DNA of 61,966 nt, filler included, from Anaerolineae bacterium (GTDB lineage Bacteria > Chloroflexota > Anaerolineae > Epilineales > Epilineaceae), in assembly GCA_029262755.1 (NCBI GenBank). It is 7 parts of 7 records of this genome, joined end to end, with 100 filler letters (N's around TTAATTAATTAA, not from the genome) between each part and the next. Parts side by side here need not be neighbours in the genome. Positions count along the whole stretch, not along the records: positions 32,749 to 37,732 come from JAJCYU010000173.1; positions 37,833 to 41,951 come from JAJCYU010000174.1; positions 42,052 to 61,966 come from JAJCYU010000176.1; 4 more parts are not named here. One strand, given 5' to 3'. How positions within the stretch are numbered: position 1 is the first letter of the stretch; each line of letters starts with the position of its first letter. Positions 35,071-47,743 of this stretch are shown here, piece after piece. A model generated the notes under the pieces. It was not told the DNA's origin and did no database searches. It saw only the letters and a list, made by a program, of their open reading frames with translations. Made by a program: the position numbers and the translations under genes.

Positions 35071-37328
35071 GGACCGTCGTCCGTAATCGAGGATCCGTTG
35101 CCGTCCGCGAGTCGCGGGGCCCCATCGTGTCCGATTTGCGAAGCGAGGTCCGGGTCCTTGTCTGAGGGCTTGTCCCGTGTCAGGTCCTGGTCCGATACCG
35201 GGGAAGGCGTTCGCGTCTCGGTCGAGTCGTTCTCACCTGAACTGCGTTCGGGCGACGGCAAGAGCGCGCGGCCCACCGCTGCCACGAGCTGATCGCGATC
35301 CCACGGTTTGGGCAGCACCAGGACCGGGCCCAGCTCGCCCAGACGGGTTGCCGTGGCGTGGTCGACATCTCCGGACGAGACCACGACCGCGGGTGGCTTC
35401 GGGAGCGCGGCGATCCGGGCGAGCGCCTGCTCCCCGTCCATGCGCGGCATGCGCAGATCGAGCAGTACGACATCCACGACCGCGTGCTCAAGGCAGCGTA
35501 GGCCCGCCTCGCCGTCGTTCGCTGAAACGACGCTCATGCCTGCATCGCGCAAGATGGCACGCGCCGCTTCGCGAACGCCGGGTTCATCGTCGACCACCAG
35601 GGCCGTCCCGCTGAGTTCGTGCGTCACGTGCGGCGCAACCCCCGGCTCTTCCGGCTCGCGAGTGCTAAGCGGCAAGAACAGTCGAAACGTGCTACCCCGG
35701 CCTTGTTCGCTGTCCACGACCAGGATGCCGCGCATCTCGCGGATGATGCCCAACGTCGCTGAGAGACCGAGGCCGCGGCCGTCTCGCTTGGTGGTGAAGA
35801 ACGGGTCGAAGATGCGCTCCAAGACCGATTGCGGCATGCCGGTGCCGTTGTCCGTGATCTCGAGGCTGGCATAGATTCCCGGCTTCGCATGATCGCGTCC
35901 GAACACCACACCGCTATCCGGAATGTCCTCCGGGACCCTACAGCGCGCTGTACTGAGCTGCACCAGGCCCGAGACGGACGATTCCGGCACGGCCTCTGAG
36001 GCGTTCAGGACGAGATTCATCACCGTCTGCTGAAGACCCGAAGGATCGGCGTCCAACGGCAGCGGGCCCGCGTCGAGGTCGCAGCGGAGCTTGACGCGCG
36101 CGGGGATGGCGGTTTCCAGAATTTCCGCGTTGTCGCGCACGATCCGGTTCAGATCGAGGCGGCGGCGTTCCATTCGGGTGCGCCCGGCGTAGCTGAGCAG
36201 TTGTTGCGTCAGTACGGCCGCGCGTTCCGCCGAGGACTGCGCAGCATCGAGCGGCGCGAGCAAAGACTCGTTGTCGCCCACCCGCATGCGGGCGAGGCTC
36301 AAGTGTCCAAGCATGACGGTCAGCAAGTTGTTGAAGTCGTGGGCGATGCCGCCGGCCAAGACGCCGAGGCTCTCCAGCTTCTGCGTTCGCCACATCGCGC
36401 GCTCGGCTACACGGCGGTCACTGATATCACGCGTGACCGAGACAAACCGTTCGTCGTCGATGCGCGTGAGCGACATCTCGATCGGGAACTCGCTCCCGTC
36501 CTTACGAAGTGCGACGGCCTCGCCGCGCCATGTGCCCTTAGCGCGCACCTCCGGCAACACCTCGTCGCGCACGCGCGCCCACTCCGCCGGACGAAAGAGA
36601 ATGCTGCAGGGCTGACCGATCAGCTGATCTGCGCTCCCCCAACCATGCATGGCGGCGTGCGCGGCATTGACGTAGGCCAGGGTTTGGCCGTGCCGAATTG
36701 CCATGCCGTCGGCGGAGGCCTCCATGCCGAGCTGGTTGATCCGCGCCCGCGATAGCGCGACGTCCAGGCCGCGCATCACCAAGCCGACGTATGCGGCCGT
36801 TGCGATCAGGATCCCGCTGTAGACGATCCAATGGGTAAGCGGGGGCCGAACCTCACCCGCGGAAGGCATGGTGCCGTTGGTCTCGATGACCACGAGACCG
36901 AAGCCGACGATGATGCACACAGCGGCTACGGCCATGGCGTGGCCACCGCCGCGCATCATGCCGGCCGTGAGCACGAGCAGGAAGTACACGGCAAACGCGG
37001 GCGAATCGACACCGCCCCCCACGAAGGCGGAGGCCCATGCGATGATCCCGATGGTGCCCATCGTGAACGTCCATCCGGCCAGCGTGGTTCGGCCCATGCG
37101 GATCAGCAGCCACGTCAAGAGCGACAAGCCGAAGAGCAAGGTCACAGACAGCGGGTCCGGGCTCGTGCGTCCGGTGAGCAGCACCCAGCCGAGGATCGCA
37201 CCCGAGATCGCGGTAGCGAGGGCCATCATCGCGACGCCAAGCAGGTTGAGACGCTCGGCATCCAAGCGGTGGCGCTCTCGAGTCCCGGTACGAAAGCCGA
37301 GCGAGCGGCGAAGATGCGGAGTGCTCAC
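35067..37328 (-). CDS. Membrane-bound hybrid sensor histidine kinase (TM-PAS-HisKA-HATPase-REC)
   Basis: Five to six TM helices; PAS ([12 protein letters not shown]); [38 protein letters not shown] and GLGL; REC VVDDE..LLDLRMP; GTG start overlaps the upstream stop. Confidence 0.93.
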   Translation of the reverse strand: MSTPHLRRSLGFRTGTRERHRLDAERLNLLGVAMMALATAISGAILGWVLLTGRTSPDPLSVTLLFGLSLLTWLLIRMGRTTLAGWTFTMGTIGIIAWASAFVGGGVDSPAFAVYFLLVLTAGMMRGGGHAMAVAAVCIIVGFGLVVIETNGTMPSAGEVRPPLTHWIVYSGILIATAAYVGLVMRGLDVALSRARINQLGMEASADGMAIRHGQTLAYVNAAHAAMHGWGSADQLIGQPCSILFRPAEWARVRDEVLPEVRAKGTWRGEAVALRKDGSEFPIEMSLTRIDDERFVSVTRDISDRRVAERAMWRTQKLESLGVLAGGIAHDFNNLLTVMLGHLSLARMRVGDNESLLAPLDAAQSSAERAAVLTQQLLSYAGRTRMERRRLDLNRIVRDNAEILETAIPARVKLRCDLDAGPLPLDADPSGLQQTVMNLVLNASEAVPESSVSGLVQLSTARCRVPEDIPDSGVVFGRDHAKPGIYASLEITDNGTGMPQSVLERIFDPFFTTKRDGRGLGLSATLGIIREMRGILVVDSEQGRGSTFRLFLPLSTREPEEPGVAPHVTHELSGTALVVDDEPGVREAARAILRDAGMSVVSANDGEAGLRCLEHAVVDVVLLDLRMPRMDGEQALARIAALPKPPAVVVSSGDVDHATATRLGELGPVLVLPKPWDRDQLVAAVGRALLPSPERSSGENDSTETRTPSPVSDQDLTRDKPSDKDPDLASQIGHDGAPRLADGNGSSITDDGP

Positions 37329-37732
37329 CGTTGGGTCCCTTCGGGTGAGCGCAGAGCAGCGACATCTGCGTTCGAGACGTCGGCCCCGCGAAGCGGCAAC
37401 GCGGCGCGCGCGCGTTCCGCGCGGCGATCCGTCTCGCGGCGAGGAGGTCGCTTGACCGTAAGATAAGGCTCCGGCCAGTACTGGTCGTGAAACGCGTAGC
37501 GGGCCGCCGCATGAAGCGTCAAGTAGGGGTCGGCGAGGTGGGGACGGGCCAACGCGCACAGGTCGGCGCGGCCCGCGGCCAATACCGTGTTCGCGTGATC
37601 GGCGTGCTGGATCGCGCCGACGGACATGACCGCGATGCCCGCTACTTCGCGCCGGATGCGTTCGGCGAATGGCACCTGGAACATCCGCCCATAGTCGGGG
37701 CGCGCATAGGGCACCGTTTGGCCGGCGGATAC
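37325..37732 (-). CDS. C-terminal fragment of an OYE-type flavin oxidoreductase, probably bifunctional salicylyl-/anthraniloyl-CoA hydroxylase/oxidoreductase
   Basis: [58 protein letters not shown]. Confidence 0.75.
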   Translation of the reverse strand, partial: VSAGQTVPYARPDYGRMFQVPFAERIRREVAGIAVMSVGAIQHADHANTVLAAGRADLCALARPHLADPYLTLHAAARYAFHDQYWPEPYLTVKRPPRRETDRRAERARAALPLRGADVSNADVAALRSPEGTQR

Positions 37733-37832
37733 NNNNNNNNNNNNNNNNNNNNNNNNNNNNNNNNNNNNNNNNNNNNTTAATTAATTAANNNNNNNNNNNN
37801 NNNNNNNNNNNNNNNNNNNNNNNNNNNNNNNN
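37733..37832. other. Artificial contig spacer
   Basis: N44-TTAATTAATTAA-N44. Confidence 0.99.
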
Positions 37833-38987
37833 TCGTTGGAGGGGGCGGGAGTCGGAGGAGAGCGCGCCGACCTCGCGGAGGCGACCGTCTTGGTCCTCAC
37901 GCAGCCGGCTCCCGCCGAGCGGTTTCAAGCCTAGACGGATCGATGGCTCGGGGCAGCGCCCGCGACGATCTTGGGCTTCCGCGATCTCGACCGCGACGGG
38001 CAGCCGGAACTTGTCGTTGCGGGGCAACGCTGCGGCGCCTCGACGTGCACGGTGCACGTTTCCATCCACACCGTTCTGCCGGACGGCGCGATGCGTTCGC
38101 GTATCGCTGCCGCTGCAACGGAAGGAGCGGCGAACACCGCCGGCTCTCGCCTCACGGAGACAGAGATCGCGAGTCTTTCCCTCGGCGACAGGAACGTGCC
38201 GGTGGCCGCCATGAGTTCCGGCTCCGCCGAACTAGCCGATCTCGACGGCGACGGCATCTCGGAGCTCGTGCTCGAAGGCGGTTTGCTCGGTTCCGCTGGG
38301 GCTGGACTGCAGCGGGCGCGCACGGAGGTCTGGTCTTTGGTCGAGCAAGAGTGGACCCGTACCCGCGTGCTCTACGATCCGGATGCATCCGCCCATCCGT
38401 GGTTCCGCGTCTTGGACGGCGACGCCGCCTGGCGCTCGGGCGCGCCGTCCGCGGCGGCCACGCTCTATCAACGGGCCATCGACACGCCTTGGCCCGTGAC
38501 CGGCATCGACTTGCCCTGGTCCGCATCGGGGCAGGCGGTGCGCGCGCTCGCTCGCCTGCGCGCAATGCAGCTTGCGGTGCACGGCGGCCCCCGTGTCGGG
38601 ATAGGCAGTAGGGCGGACAGCGGCGCTGCCCGCGGGCCGGGATCGGTGGGCGGATCCGGGGACAGCGACGCCGACGCGGAGGAGGGCACAACGGAAAGCG
38701 CACCGGACGGTCTCGACGTGGCGCGATGGCTCGACGCGGTTGCGTCGCAGAGCGTGGCGGAGGACGGCGAGTTCGCTTCGTGGCCGGTAGCCTTCGCCAC
38801 CACGTGGGGGGCCGTCGCAGACATGGCTACCGCGTGCGCCGTGGTCGCCGAAGAGGCAACGCAGCGGGAGCATCTGCTGATTGCCCTTCAGCAATTCGGA
38901 TACGCCAATCCAGACGCGAACGCGCAACTACTGTGTCCCGGCCCGTTCCAAGGCGCGCTGCTTGGTGACGTGCTTCCGTCGCCATGA
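37833..38987 (+). CDS. Hypothetical protein with two DxDxDG (FG-GAP/VCBS-like) loops; 5'-truncated, in-frame TAG at 37932
   Basis: DLDRDGQPELVV and DLDGDGISELVL; CGASTC. The same frame is open from the contig edge to the TAG. Confidence 0.55.
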
Positions 38988-39039
38988 TATCGGTGCGCCT
39001 CGTGTGGTGGCGCGCTCCGGCGCGAGTACAATTCCGGAC

Positions 39040-39141
39040 ATGACTCGCCCCACCGAAGCGCGCGCAGCCTCCTTTCGGCATGCTCCGAGCGTCTGTGCTC
39101 TGCTACACAAGACGCGTCGCGCCCCGGTCGGTGAACCATGA
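39040..39141 (+). CDS. Candidate leaderless 33-aa uORF coupled to clpS
   Basis: TACAAT (39027-39032), 7 nt, then ATG; its TGA overlaps the clpS ATG (ATGA). Confidence 0.3.
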   Translation: MTRPTEARAASFRHAPSVCALLHKTRRAPVGEP

Positions 39142-39481
39142 GTGGTTCGGAACCGATCGGCGTCGACGAACAGGCCGTTGCCACACGGAAGCGGACCAAG
39201 CGCCCGCGACGTTGGCAGGTTGTGTTGCACAACGACGACTATACGAGCATGGAGTTCGTCGTGTCCGTTCTGAAGCGCCACTTTGCCAAGAGCGATGCGG
39301 AGGCTACGCACGTGATGCTGCAGGTCCATATGCGAGGCCGGGGCGTAGCCGGCGTGTACACCCGTGACGTTGCCGAGACCAAGGTGGTCGCTGTGACCGC
39401 CGAAGCGCGACAAGAGGGCATGCCGTTGCTCGTCACCTCCGAACCGGTTGGCGGCGATGAATCTTCCGAGGGAGGCCGGTC

Positions 39482-39485
<4 letters not shown>
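39138..39485 (+). CDS. clpS: ATP-dependent Clp protease adaptor ClpS
   Basis: VVLHNDDYTSMEFVV, MLQVH, GVAGVYTRDVAETK and PL. Confidence 0.96.
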
Positions 39486-41767
<2,282 letters not shown>

Positions 41768-41951
41768 CGCAAATGGGCCGAGTCGACATCCTCAACGATC
41801 GGGCGGATCCACCGACACCGGGATGGGTTGCGCGATCGCAAGATCGCTCCCACGTAGCCGGCGGTCCGCGACACGGGTGTGGGCATCTCCGACGTAGACC
41901 AGGCACACCTCTTCGAGCGCTTCTTTCGCGCCGAGAGTGCCGCATCGACCG

Positions 41952-42051
41952 NNNNNNNNNNNNNNNNNNNNNNNNNNNNNNNNNNNNNNNNNNNNTTAAT
42001 TAATTAANNNNNNNNNNNNNNNNNNNNNNNNNNNNNNNNNNNNNNNNNNNN
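41952..42051. other. Artificial contig spacer
   Basis: N44-TTAATTAATTAA-N44. Confidence 0.99.
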
Positions 42052-42052
42052 G

Positions 42053-43756
42053 TCGGTCTACGATGACTTGCTCCACACCGTGCAGAACCGCTTCGAAGCC
42101 ATGGGCGTTCCGAGTTTCCCCGCCGCGCAGATCTTGCTGTTCTGGGGCGGACGTTTGGCTGACTTCGACGCCTTCGCGCACCGCCCTGTCGCCTACGCGG
42201 CGGATATCCATGCGCCGTTGTTGCTCTTGCACGGAGCCGAAGACGTGCGGGTAACCGCAGCGCAAGCACAGCGCGTTGTAGATGCCGTACCGGCAGTCGA
42301 CGACGCCGACGCCCGACTCGTGTTCATCCCCGGCGCGGGACACGAGCCGCTGCTGGCAGCGCAGCCTGAGACATGGCACGCGGAGGTGGAGGCACTTCTG
42401 GAGAGGGCGCAGGCTCGGGCAACTGGCAGGTCCGCGAACGCCAAGAACGTGTTCTTGTACAGCAGCGAGAACGGCGTGGTTCGGTCGGTGCTGGCCGATG
42501 CCACAATCCGCATGACGCCACGTCAAGCTGAACGTATCGCACTGGAAGCCTTCCCGCCTCGAGACAAGGCGCGCTTGGACGGTTTCGAGATCGTACCGCT
42601 TCGCTCGTTGCTCGAGCATTGGATCGAGGACGAGGCCTGGCCCTACGAGCCAACGCTACCCCGTAGCCTGCGCGATCTTGCGCCGCCAAACAGTGGGCGC
42701 GCGCCCGCGGATCCGCTTCCCGACGATCCGTACTTGGACGTCCCGCAATACATCGTGCGAGGCAGTTTTTTGGATGAGACATACCATCCGGGGTGGCGCC
42801 CGAAATCCGACAACCCTCCGCGACATCGAAAAACGTTTCACGCGCTCGTGGATGGTCACAACGGGACACTACGGGCTCTGCAATGCGGCGAAGAGTTGTG
42901 GACGACCACGTCGAAGCGCACGACGTTGGCGCTAGCGTCGCAGCATGCGCAGTACGCGCTGATCACGCCTGTAGCCAGCGTCACGCCAAACCGAAGGCCG
43001 ACAGAGCCGCCGAGCTTCGATGCAGGCCGCCGCTTGCTCGACGGCCACCCGCCACTCGAGCTCGCCAATGCGGGACCGCAACTGCGCACGACGCTCGAAC
43101 TCTTCCCGTTGTGGCCTGGCAGGCGATGGACGGTCAACCATGCGTCATCTATGACTGGTTGTTCGTCATGGCAGCAATGGGAGGAGTCGATCGAGGTTGT
43201 CACGGTCGCCGATGCACGTCTGCTTTCTCCGGAGCTAGCGTTGGTTCGTCTAGACCAACGTCGGACCGCGGTTGAACACGGTGAGCGACGGGGCCGCGCT
43301 TTGGAAGCACGACTTGCAGCGAGTTCGTCACACGAGCCGATGTTCATCGTGGTCTGGCGTGACGAAGTGTACGAAGCACGGGACGTACCGACTCTGCGCG
43401 CGCAACTCGAATTCCTCGAACGCCCGGTGATCCCAACAGTCGCACCGCGGAGCCACTACGGCTGGCCAATCGAACGCCCGATCCCAATCCTGCGGCTACC
43501 CCTCACGCCGAACATGGCGCGCTTCCCTTCCGAGGGCGGAGGAAACTGGTCGCTGCCGACTCCAGAGCCTCCGTGGAGCAGGGACCCTCTGCATCGGCCC
43601 TGTATGACGATATATACTCACCCCGGCAACGCTACAGTGTGGAGGACATTCTGCGAGGGGATTGGGTGGGCAGAGGAGTCGTTCCTTGCGGGGGGCTCCA
43701 GTCAAGCTCGAAGCCTACGTGAGCTTGTGGAGGTTCAGGTTGGGACGCGCCGTTGA
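42053..43756 (+). CDS. Alpha/beta-hydrolase C-terminal part continuing in frame into an unknown domain of about 430 aa; 5'-truncated
   Basis: PLLLLHGAEDVRV and GAGHE supply the catalytic Asp and His. The rest is not recognisable. Confidence 0.55.
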   Translation, partial: SVYDDLLHTVQNRFEAMGVPSFPAAQILLFWGGRLADFDAFAHRPVAYAADIHAPLLLLHGAEDVRVTAAQAQRVVDAVPAVDDADARLVFIPGAGHEPLLAAQPETWHAEVEALLERAQARATGRSANAKNVFLYSSENGVVRSVLADATIRMTPRQAERIALEAFPPRDKARLDGFEIVPLRSLLEHWIEDEAWPYEPTLPRSLRDLAPPNSGRAPADPLPDDPYLDVPQYIVRGSFLDETYHPGWRPKSDNPPRHRKTFHALVDGHNGTLRALQCGEELWTTTSKRTTLALASQHAQYALITPVASVTPNRRPTEPPSFDAGRRLLDGHPPLELANAGPQLRTTLELFPLWPGRRWTVNHASSMTGCSSWQQWEESIEVVTVADARLLSPELALVRLDQRRTAVEHGERRGRALEARLAASSSHEPMFIVVWRDEVYEARDVPTLRAQLEFLERPVIPTVAPRSHYGWPIERPIPILRLPLTPNMARFPSEGGGNWSLPTPEPPWSRDPLHRPCMTIYTHPGNATVWRTFCEGIGWAEESFLAGGSSQARSLRELVEVQVGTRR

Positions 43757-43907
43757 ACACGCGGCCGAACCGTCCATTTTCGAGGACAGCCTCCTTGGCC
43801 AACAAACCCAATTTTCGCGCGACTGACGTATCGAGCCATCCCAAAACCGCGCGGACCCCACCGGGCGGACCCCCACGGGCCCGCCCGGCATCAAGCGCAG
43901 CCCCGAC

Positions 43908-46900
43908 CTACCCGCCCGGGCAGGCCAGCTCCGCCAGGATGCGGCCGTAGATCGGCATCAGGTCGTGGGCGCCGATGGAGCGGTGGTAGCGGTCCGGGGT
44001 GGATGCCATGCGGCGTAGGAGGTCCTCGTCGATGGTGGGGCCGAAGCCGACCGCGTACACGGAGATGCCGCGTCCGCGCACCGCGTTGGACCAGGCGATC
44101 GCGATCTTGCGGCCCTCGGCCTGGAGGCCGTCGGTCAACAGGATGACGACGGGTCTGCCCCTCGGGCCGGTCGATTGATCGATGGCGTGCGTTGCGAGCG
44201 CAAGGCCTTGGTCCAGCCGCGATCCGGGCGAATGTGCCAACGCGTCGATGGCGCGCAGGACCGCGTTGGTGTCGCCCGTCATCTCTTGAATGATGCGAGC
44301 GCGGTCGTTGAACTCCACCACGGCGACGCGATCGCGCGGCATGTCGAGCAGCAACATCGCTTCCCGCATGGCGGTGCGCGCTACGTCCAACGCGGTCCCC
44401 GGCTGTCCGACCACCGGACGGCCCATGCTGCCCGAGGTGTCCACGGTGAGGACGACATCGACCGGCGGGCGTCGGTGGCAGCGCATGCGCGAGGTGAAGG
44501 GCAGCCAGATCTGGTAGATCTCCGGCGTCGCGGTGGGTGTTGGTGTGGGAGGCGGCGTGACGACCTCTACCTCGGGCACCGGGAACGCTTGGCGCCCGGC
44601 GTGGCCCCAGGCATCGAGCCAACGAGCCTCCGCGCGGACGTTGGTCGGGTGGATGCCCAGTTCCAAGGGCTCCAAGCTGTAGGTCATCGTGAGCGCATTC
44701 GCGGCCACGACATCCAAATGGGTCCACCGTAGGGTCGTGTTGTCGACACGCGCCGCCGGCGGGCGGATCGTGTGCTCGAGCAGGCGCATGTTGGCGGGAA
44801 TCTCGTCGTCGATCGTGACCGTGTCGAAGAGGCCGAGCTGCGGCTCGTAGCCGCTGATGGCGCGCACGATGTCGATCTCCCGACCGGGCCGCAGCTCCTC
44901 GAACAAGTGCTGCGGTAGGAACAGGGCGCGCAGCGCGTCGCGCACATCGTTGTCGTACTCACGGTTCCGGAAGACCAGGGAGTCCAGTGCGATCCCGTCC
45001 GCGCGCGCCGCCTCGACGACCTCGGTCGGCGCGTCCTTGAAGACCCCGTCGCTCACGACCCAGATGCGGCCCTCGGCGTCGGGGTCGCGGCGCTCGCCCA
45101 TCAGCTCGCGATGGGCCAGCTCGATGCCGGCGGCCATCAGCGTGTCGCCGCCGGCGCTGAAGCTGGCGATGCGGCCGCGGATCGCACCCAAGCGGTCGGT
45201 CAGCGGCAGCTCGAGCGAGGCGCCGTCGCTGAAGCTGACCAGCCCGACCTCGATCGCCTCGCCGTCCAACGTGTCGAGCAGCCCCACGACCGCGTCGAGT
45301 GCTCGCGGCAGCGCGCCGTCCCAGCTCATCGAGAGCGAGCGGTCGAAGACGATCATGATCTGTCCCGGCCGGTGCGTCCCGGGGCATTCGCCGCGCATCG
45401 TGAGCTGAACCTCGACCGTTTCGCCGATGGTTACGCGCTCGGGCGAAGCCTTCTTGTCCGTTTCAGCCAGACACGCGCCCGGCAACAAGGGCGGCCGCGC
45501 ATCCGCGGCGGGCCGCATGTAGGGTTCGAAGATGTCGATGCCGGCCTGCCCGTCGATCACGGTGTCCTTCGGGCCCTCGACCCACCACGTCGCGTAGACG
45601 CGTCCGTCCGGACCGACGTCCAGGTCACCAGGCGTCACGACGCGCTCAACGCGGTCGACGGTCCGATGGGGGATGCGCCACCAGGCCACCAGCTCGCCGT
45701 CCGGCGTGTAGCGCAGCAGCCAGCCGCCGCGTCCGAGTACGAAGACGTCGCCGTGGGGTCCTGTCGCGATGCGAAGAGGCCCATCGTGGGTGGGCCATTC
45801 GCCTAGATCGCCACCGCGCCCGCCGCGAACCATGACCCGGTTGCGCCCAAGGTCGGCCAGGTACACACGGTCCCCGTGAACGGCTATGTCGCTTGGCAGC
45901 GCGTTCGGGTGCGCCAGCCAGGTGCTCCATTCCGCGAGCAGCTGCGCGTCTCGGTCGAGCCAGAGAACTCGCTCGTGGCCGATGTCCAACGCGGCGATGC
46001 GGTCGTCGTGCGCGTCGATCGACGTCAATAGGGTGGTGAGACCCGCGGTCCTGAGGTTGAAGTTCCCGTACCATCGCGGCACGAATCGATCGCGTCGCCC
46101 GACGATGGATTGCCACGCGGAGGTGACGGCCATGCCGCCCGCGGCCGCGACGTCCCACGGGTGTTCCGGTACACCGTTCTCGGACCACAGGAGACCGTCC
46201 GCCCGAAACCGTAAGAGCGAGGCGTCTTCGTTGCGACCCACCGAAGGGCCGCCCTTGGCGTGATGCTCGGAACCGAAGCGCAACTCGCCGTCGACAACGA
46301 GCACCTCGCCGTTGGTGTCATCCACCGCGACCCGGCGAGGCCAAGATGGGCCCCGCATGAACGGATCGTCCATCGAGCCACGGAAGGTGGATGCGTACGG
46401 CGTACCCGCACCTTCGTAGGCGAACTCGATCAAGCCCCGAAAGTCTTCCGTGCTCGTGATCGCGGTCAGCAATCCGTCCGCACGAACCGCGATCCGCTCC
46501 AAGGAAACGCCATAGGGATGCTCGCGCTGTGGATCGACGAGCTGCCTGCGACGCGAGACGTCGTACACGTTGCCGTTCTTGACGACGACGGCAGCGCTCG
46601 CGTGAACGGCGACGTCGTAGAGCCCCGAGTCAGCCCACGTATCCCGGACTCGGCCGTCCGGGCCGATGACGAGGAGCCCTCGGATGCCGACGCCGCTCTG
46701 TTCCACACCGTGGACGCCGTCTTCCCGGTTCCCGCTCGCTGGCGCGCCGCGCACCGCGGCCTCGTGCACGGACGGTCGAGGCGTCGAGGTCGGGCGGGGC
46801 GTTCGCGGCGGGGATACCGGCCGAGTGATGTTGCTTACTCTGGAGAGAGCAAAGATCGTCCCGTCGCGATGCACGTCGATGGCGTACGCGTGACCGAGTT

Positions 46901-47570
46901 CCGGCGGGGCGATGCGCGTAAGGCTCGAACCCTGCCCGATGGGCGAGAGGATGTCTACGCTCGTCTGATCCAAGTACGCGCTCGACGCGTATCGGGCCAA
47001 GAACACCATGTCACTGTCGTCGAGCGCAAGATCCACATACGATCGGCTTGGCTCCTCGGGAGCGGCGTGGGTGACGTTCCAAGAACCCGCCTCGTCCGCT
47101 TGGAGGACCAGGTACTCCCCAGCCAGGGTCGCGTTGCCGCGGGTGACCTGGCTGACGTGGGCCAATACCCCGACGAGCCCGTCCGGGCTGGCGTCGATCC
47201 GAAGGAGGGAGTAAGCGCGAACGTCGCCGCGATGCTCGATGGTGCTCGGCAGGAGGGACACGGTCCACGTGACGTCGTCAGGGGCAAGGTGATGGATGAC
47301 CTTGCGGTAGTGCTCCAGCACGTGACGCGTCCCGTCCGGGGTCGTCGTGACATCGGTCGGACTGTTGAAGAAACCTGGACGCAAGCTCCAGGACTGCTTC
47401 GTCCACGTGTCCGCCAGCCGATAGTCCAGCTGCGGTCCGCCGGGGCCCGTCGGGCCCTGGGCGAACACCGTGCTCGACGGCAACGAGCCGTGGTCCGTGA
47501 TAGCCGTGGCCGAGGCCAAGACGAACAGGGCGAGAAGCATGGGTGTAAGGCAGCGAAGTCGTGCGGTCAT
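43908..47570 (-). CDS. Large exported adhesin-like protein: NHL-like beta-propellers, VWA within an Ig/DUF11-like domain, PT linker, LP motif, second VWA
   Basis: Signal peptide; PSDIAVHGDRVYLADLGRNRV (NHL-like); MIDAS motifs DRSLSM..SDG and DTSGSM..TDG; PTPTPTATPEIYQIWLPF. Confidence 0.85.
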   Translation of the reverse strand: MTARLRCLTPMLLALFVLASATAITDHGSLPSSTVFAQGPTGPGGPQLDYRLADTWTKQSWSLRPGFFNSPTDVTTTPDGTRHVLEHYRKVIHHLAPDDVTWTVSLLPSTIEHRGDVRAYSLLRIDASPDGLVGVLAHVSQVTRGNATLAGEYLVLQADEAGSWNVTHAAPEEPSRSYVDLALDDSDMVFLARYASSAYLDQTSVDILSPIGQGSSLTRIAPPELGHAYAIDVHRDGTIFALSRVSNITRPVSPPRTPRPTSTPRPSVHEAAVRGAPASGNREDGVHGVEQSGVGIRGLLVIGPDGRVRDTWADSGLYDVAVHASAAVVVKNGNVYDVSRRRQLVDPQREHPYGVSLERIAVRADGLLTAITSTEDFRGLIEFAYEGAGTPYASTFRGSMDDPFMRGPSWPRRVAVDDTNGEVLVVDGELRFGSEHHAKGGPSVGRNEDASLLRFRADGLLWSENGVPEHPWDVAAAGGMAVTSAWQSIVGRRDRFVPRWYGNFNLRTAGLTTLLTSIDAHDDRIAALDIGHERVLWLDRDAQLLAEWSTWLAHPNALPSDIAVHGDRVYLADLGRNRVMVRGGRGGDLGEWPTHDGPLRIATGPHGDVFVLGRGGWLLRYTPDGELVAWWRIPHRTVDRVERVVTPGDLDVGPDGRVYATWWVEGPKDTVIDGQAGIDIFEPYMRPAADARPPLLPGACLAETDKKASPERVTIGETVEVQLTMRGECPGTHRPGQIMIVFDRSLSMSWDGALPRALDAVVGLLDTLDGEAIEVGLVSFSDGASLELPLTDRLGAIRGRIASFSAGGDTLMAAGIELAHRELMGERRDPDAEGRIWVVSDGVFKDAPTEVVEAARADGIALDSLVFRNREYDNDVRDALRALFLPQHLFEELRPGREIDIVRAISGYEPQLGLFDTVTIDDEIPANMRLLEHTIRPPAARVDNTTLRWTHLDVVAANALTMTYSLEPLELGIHPTNVRAEARWLDAWGHAGRQAFPVPEVEVVTPPPTPTPTATPEIYQIWLPFTSRMRCHRRPPVDVVLTVDTSGSMGRPVVGQPGTALDVARTAMREAMLLLDMPRDRVAVVEFNDRARIIQEMTGDTNAVLRAIDALAHSPGSRLDQGLALATHAIDQSTGPRGRPVVILLTDGLQAEGRKIAIAWSNAVRGRGISVYAVGFGPTIDEDLLRRMASTPDRYHRSIGAHDLMPIYGRILAELACPGG

Positions 47571-47743
47571 GAGTACCCCCCTCGAAGCAGGACCTCGCGG
47601 GACGCTTGCCTGCTTCGGGGGTCTTAACGCATTCCGGACGCGCTAAGGGACCGGTGGTTGGTGAACTCGCATCGCTGCGGAGTACTTGGCGGGGGCTATC
47701 TGGGAAGCCGTGCCGACACCCAAGCCCTCCTATTCGCCGAAGG

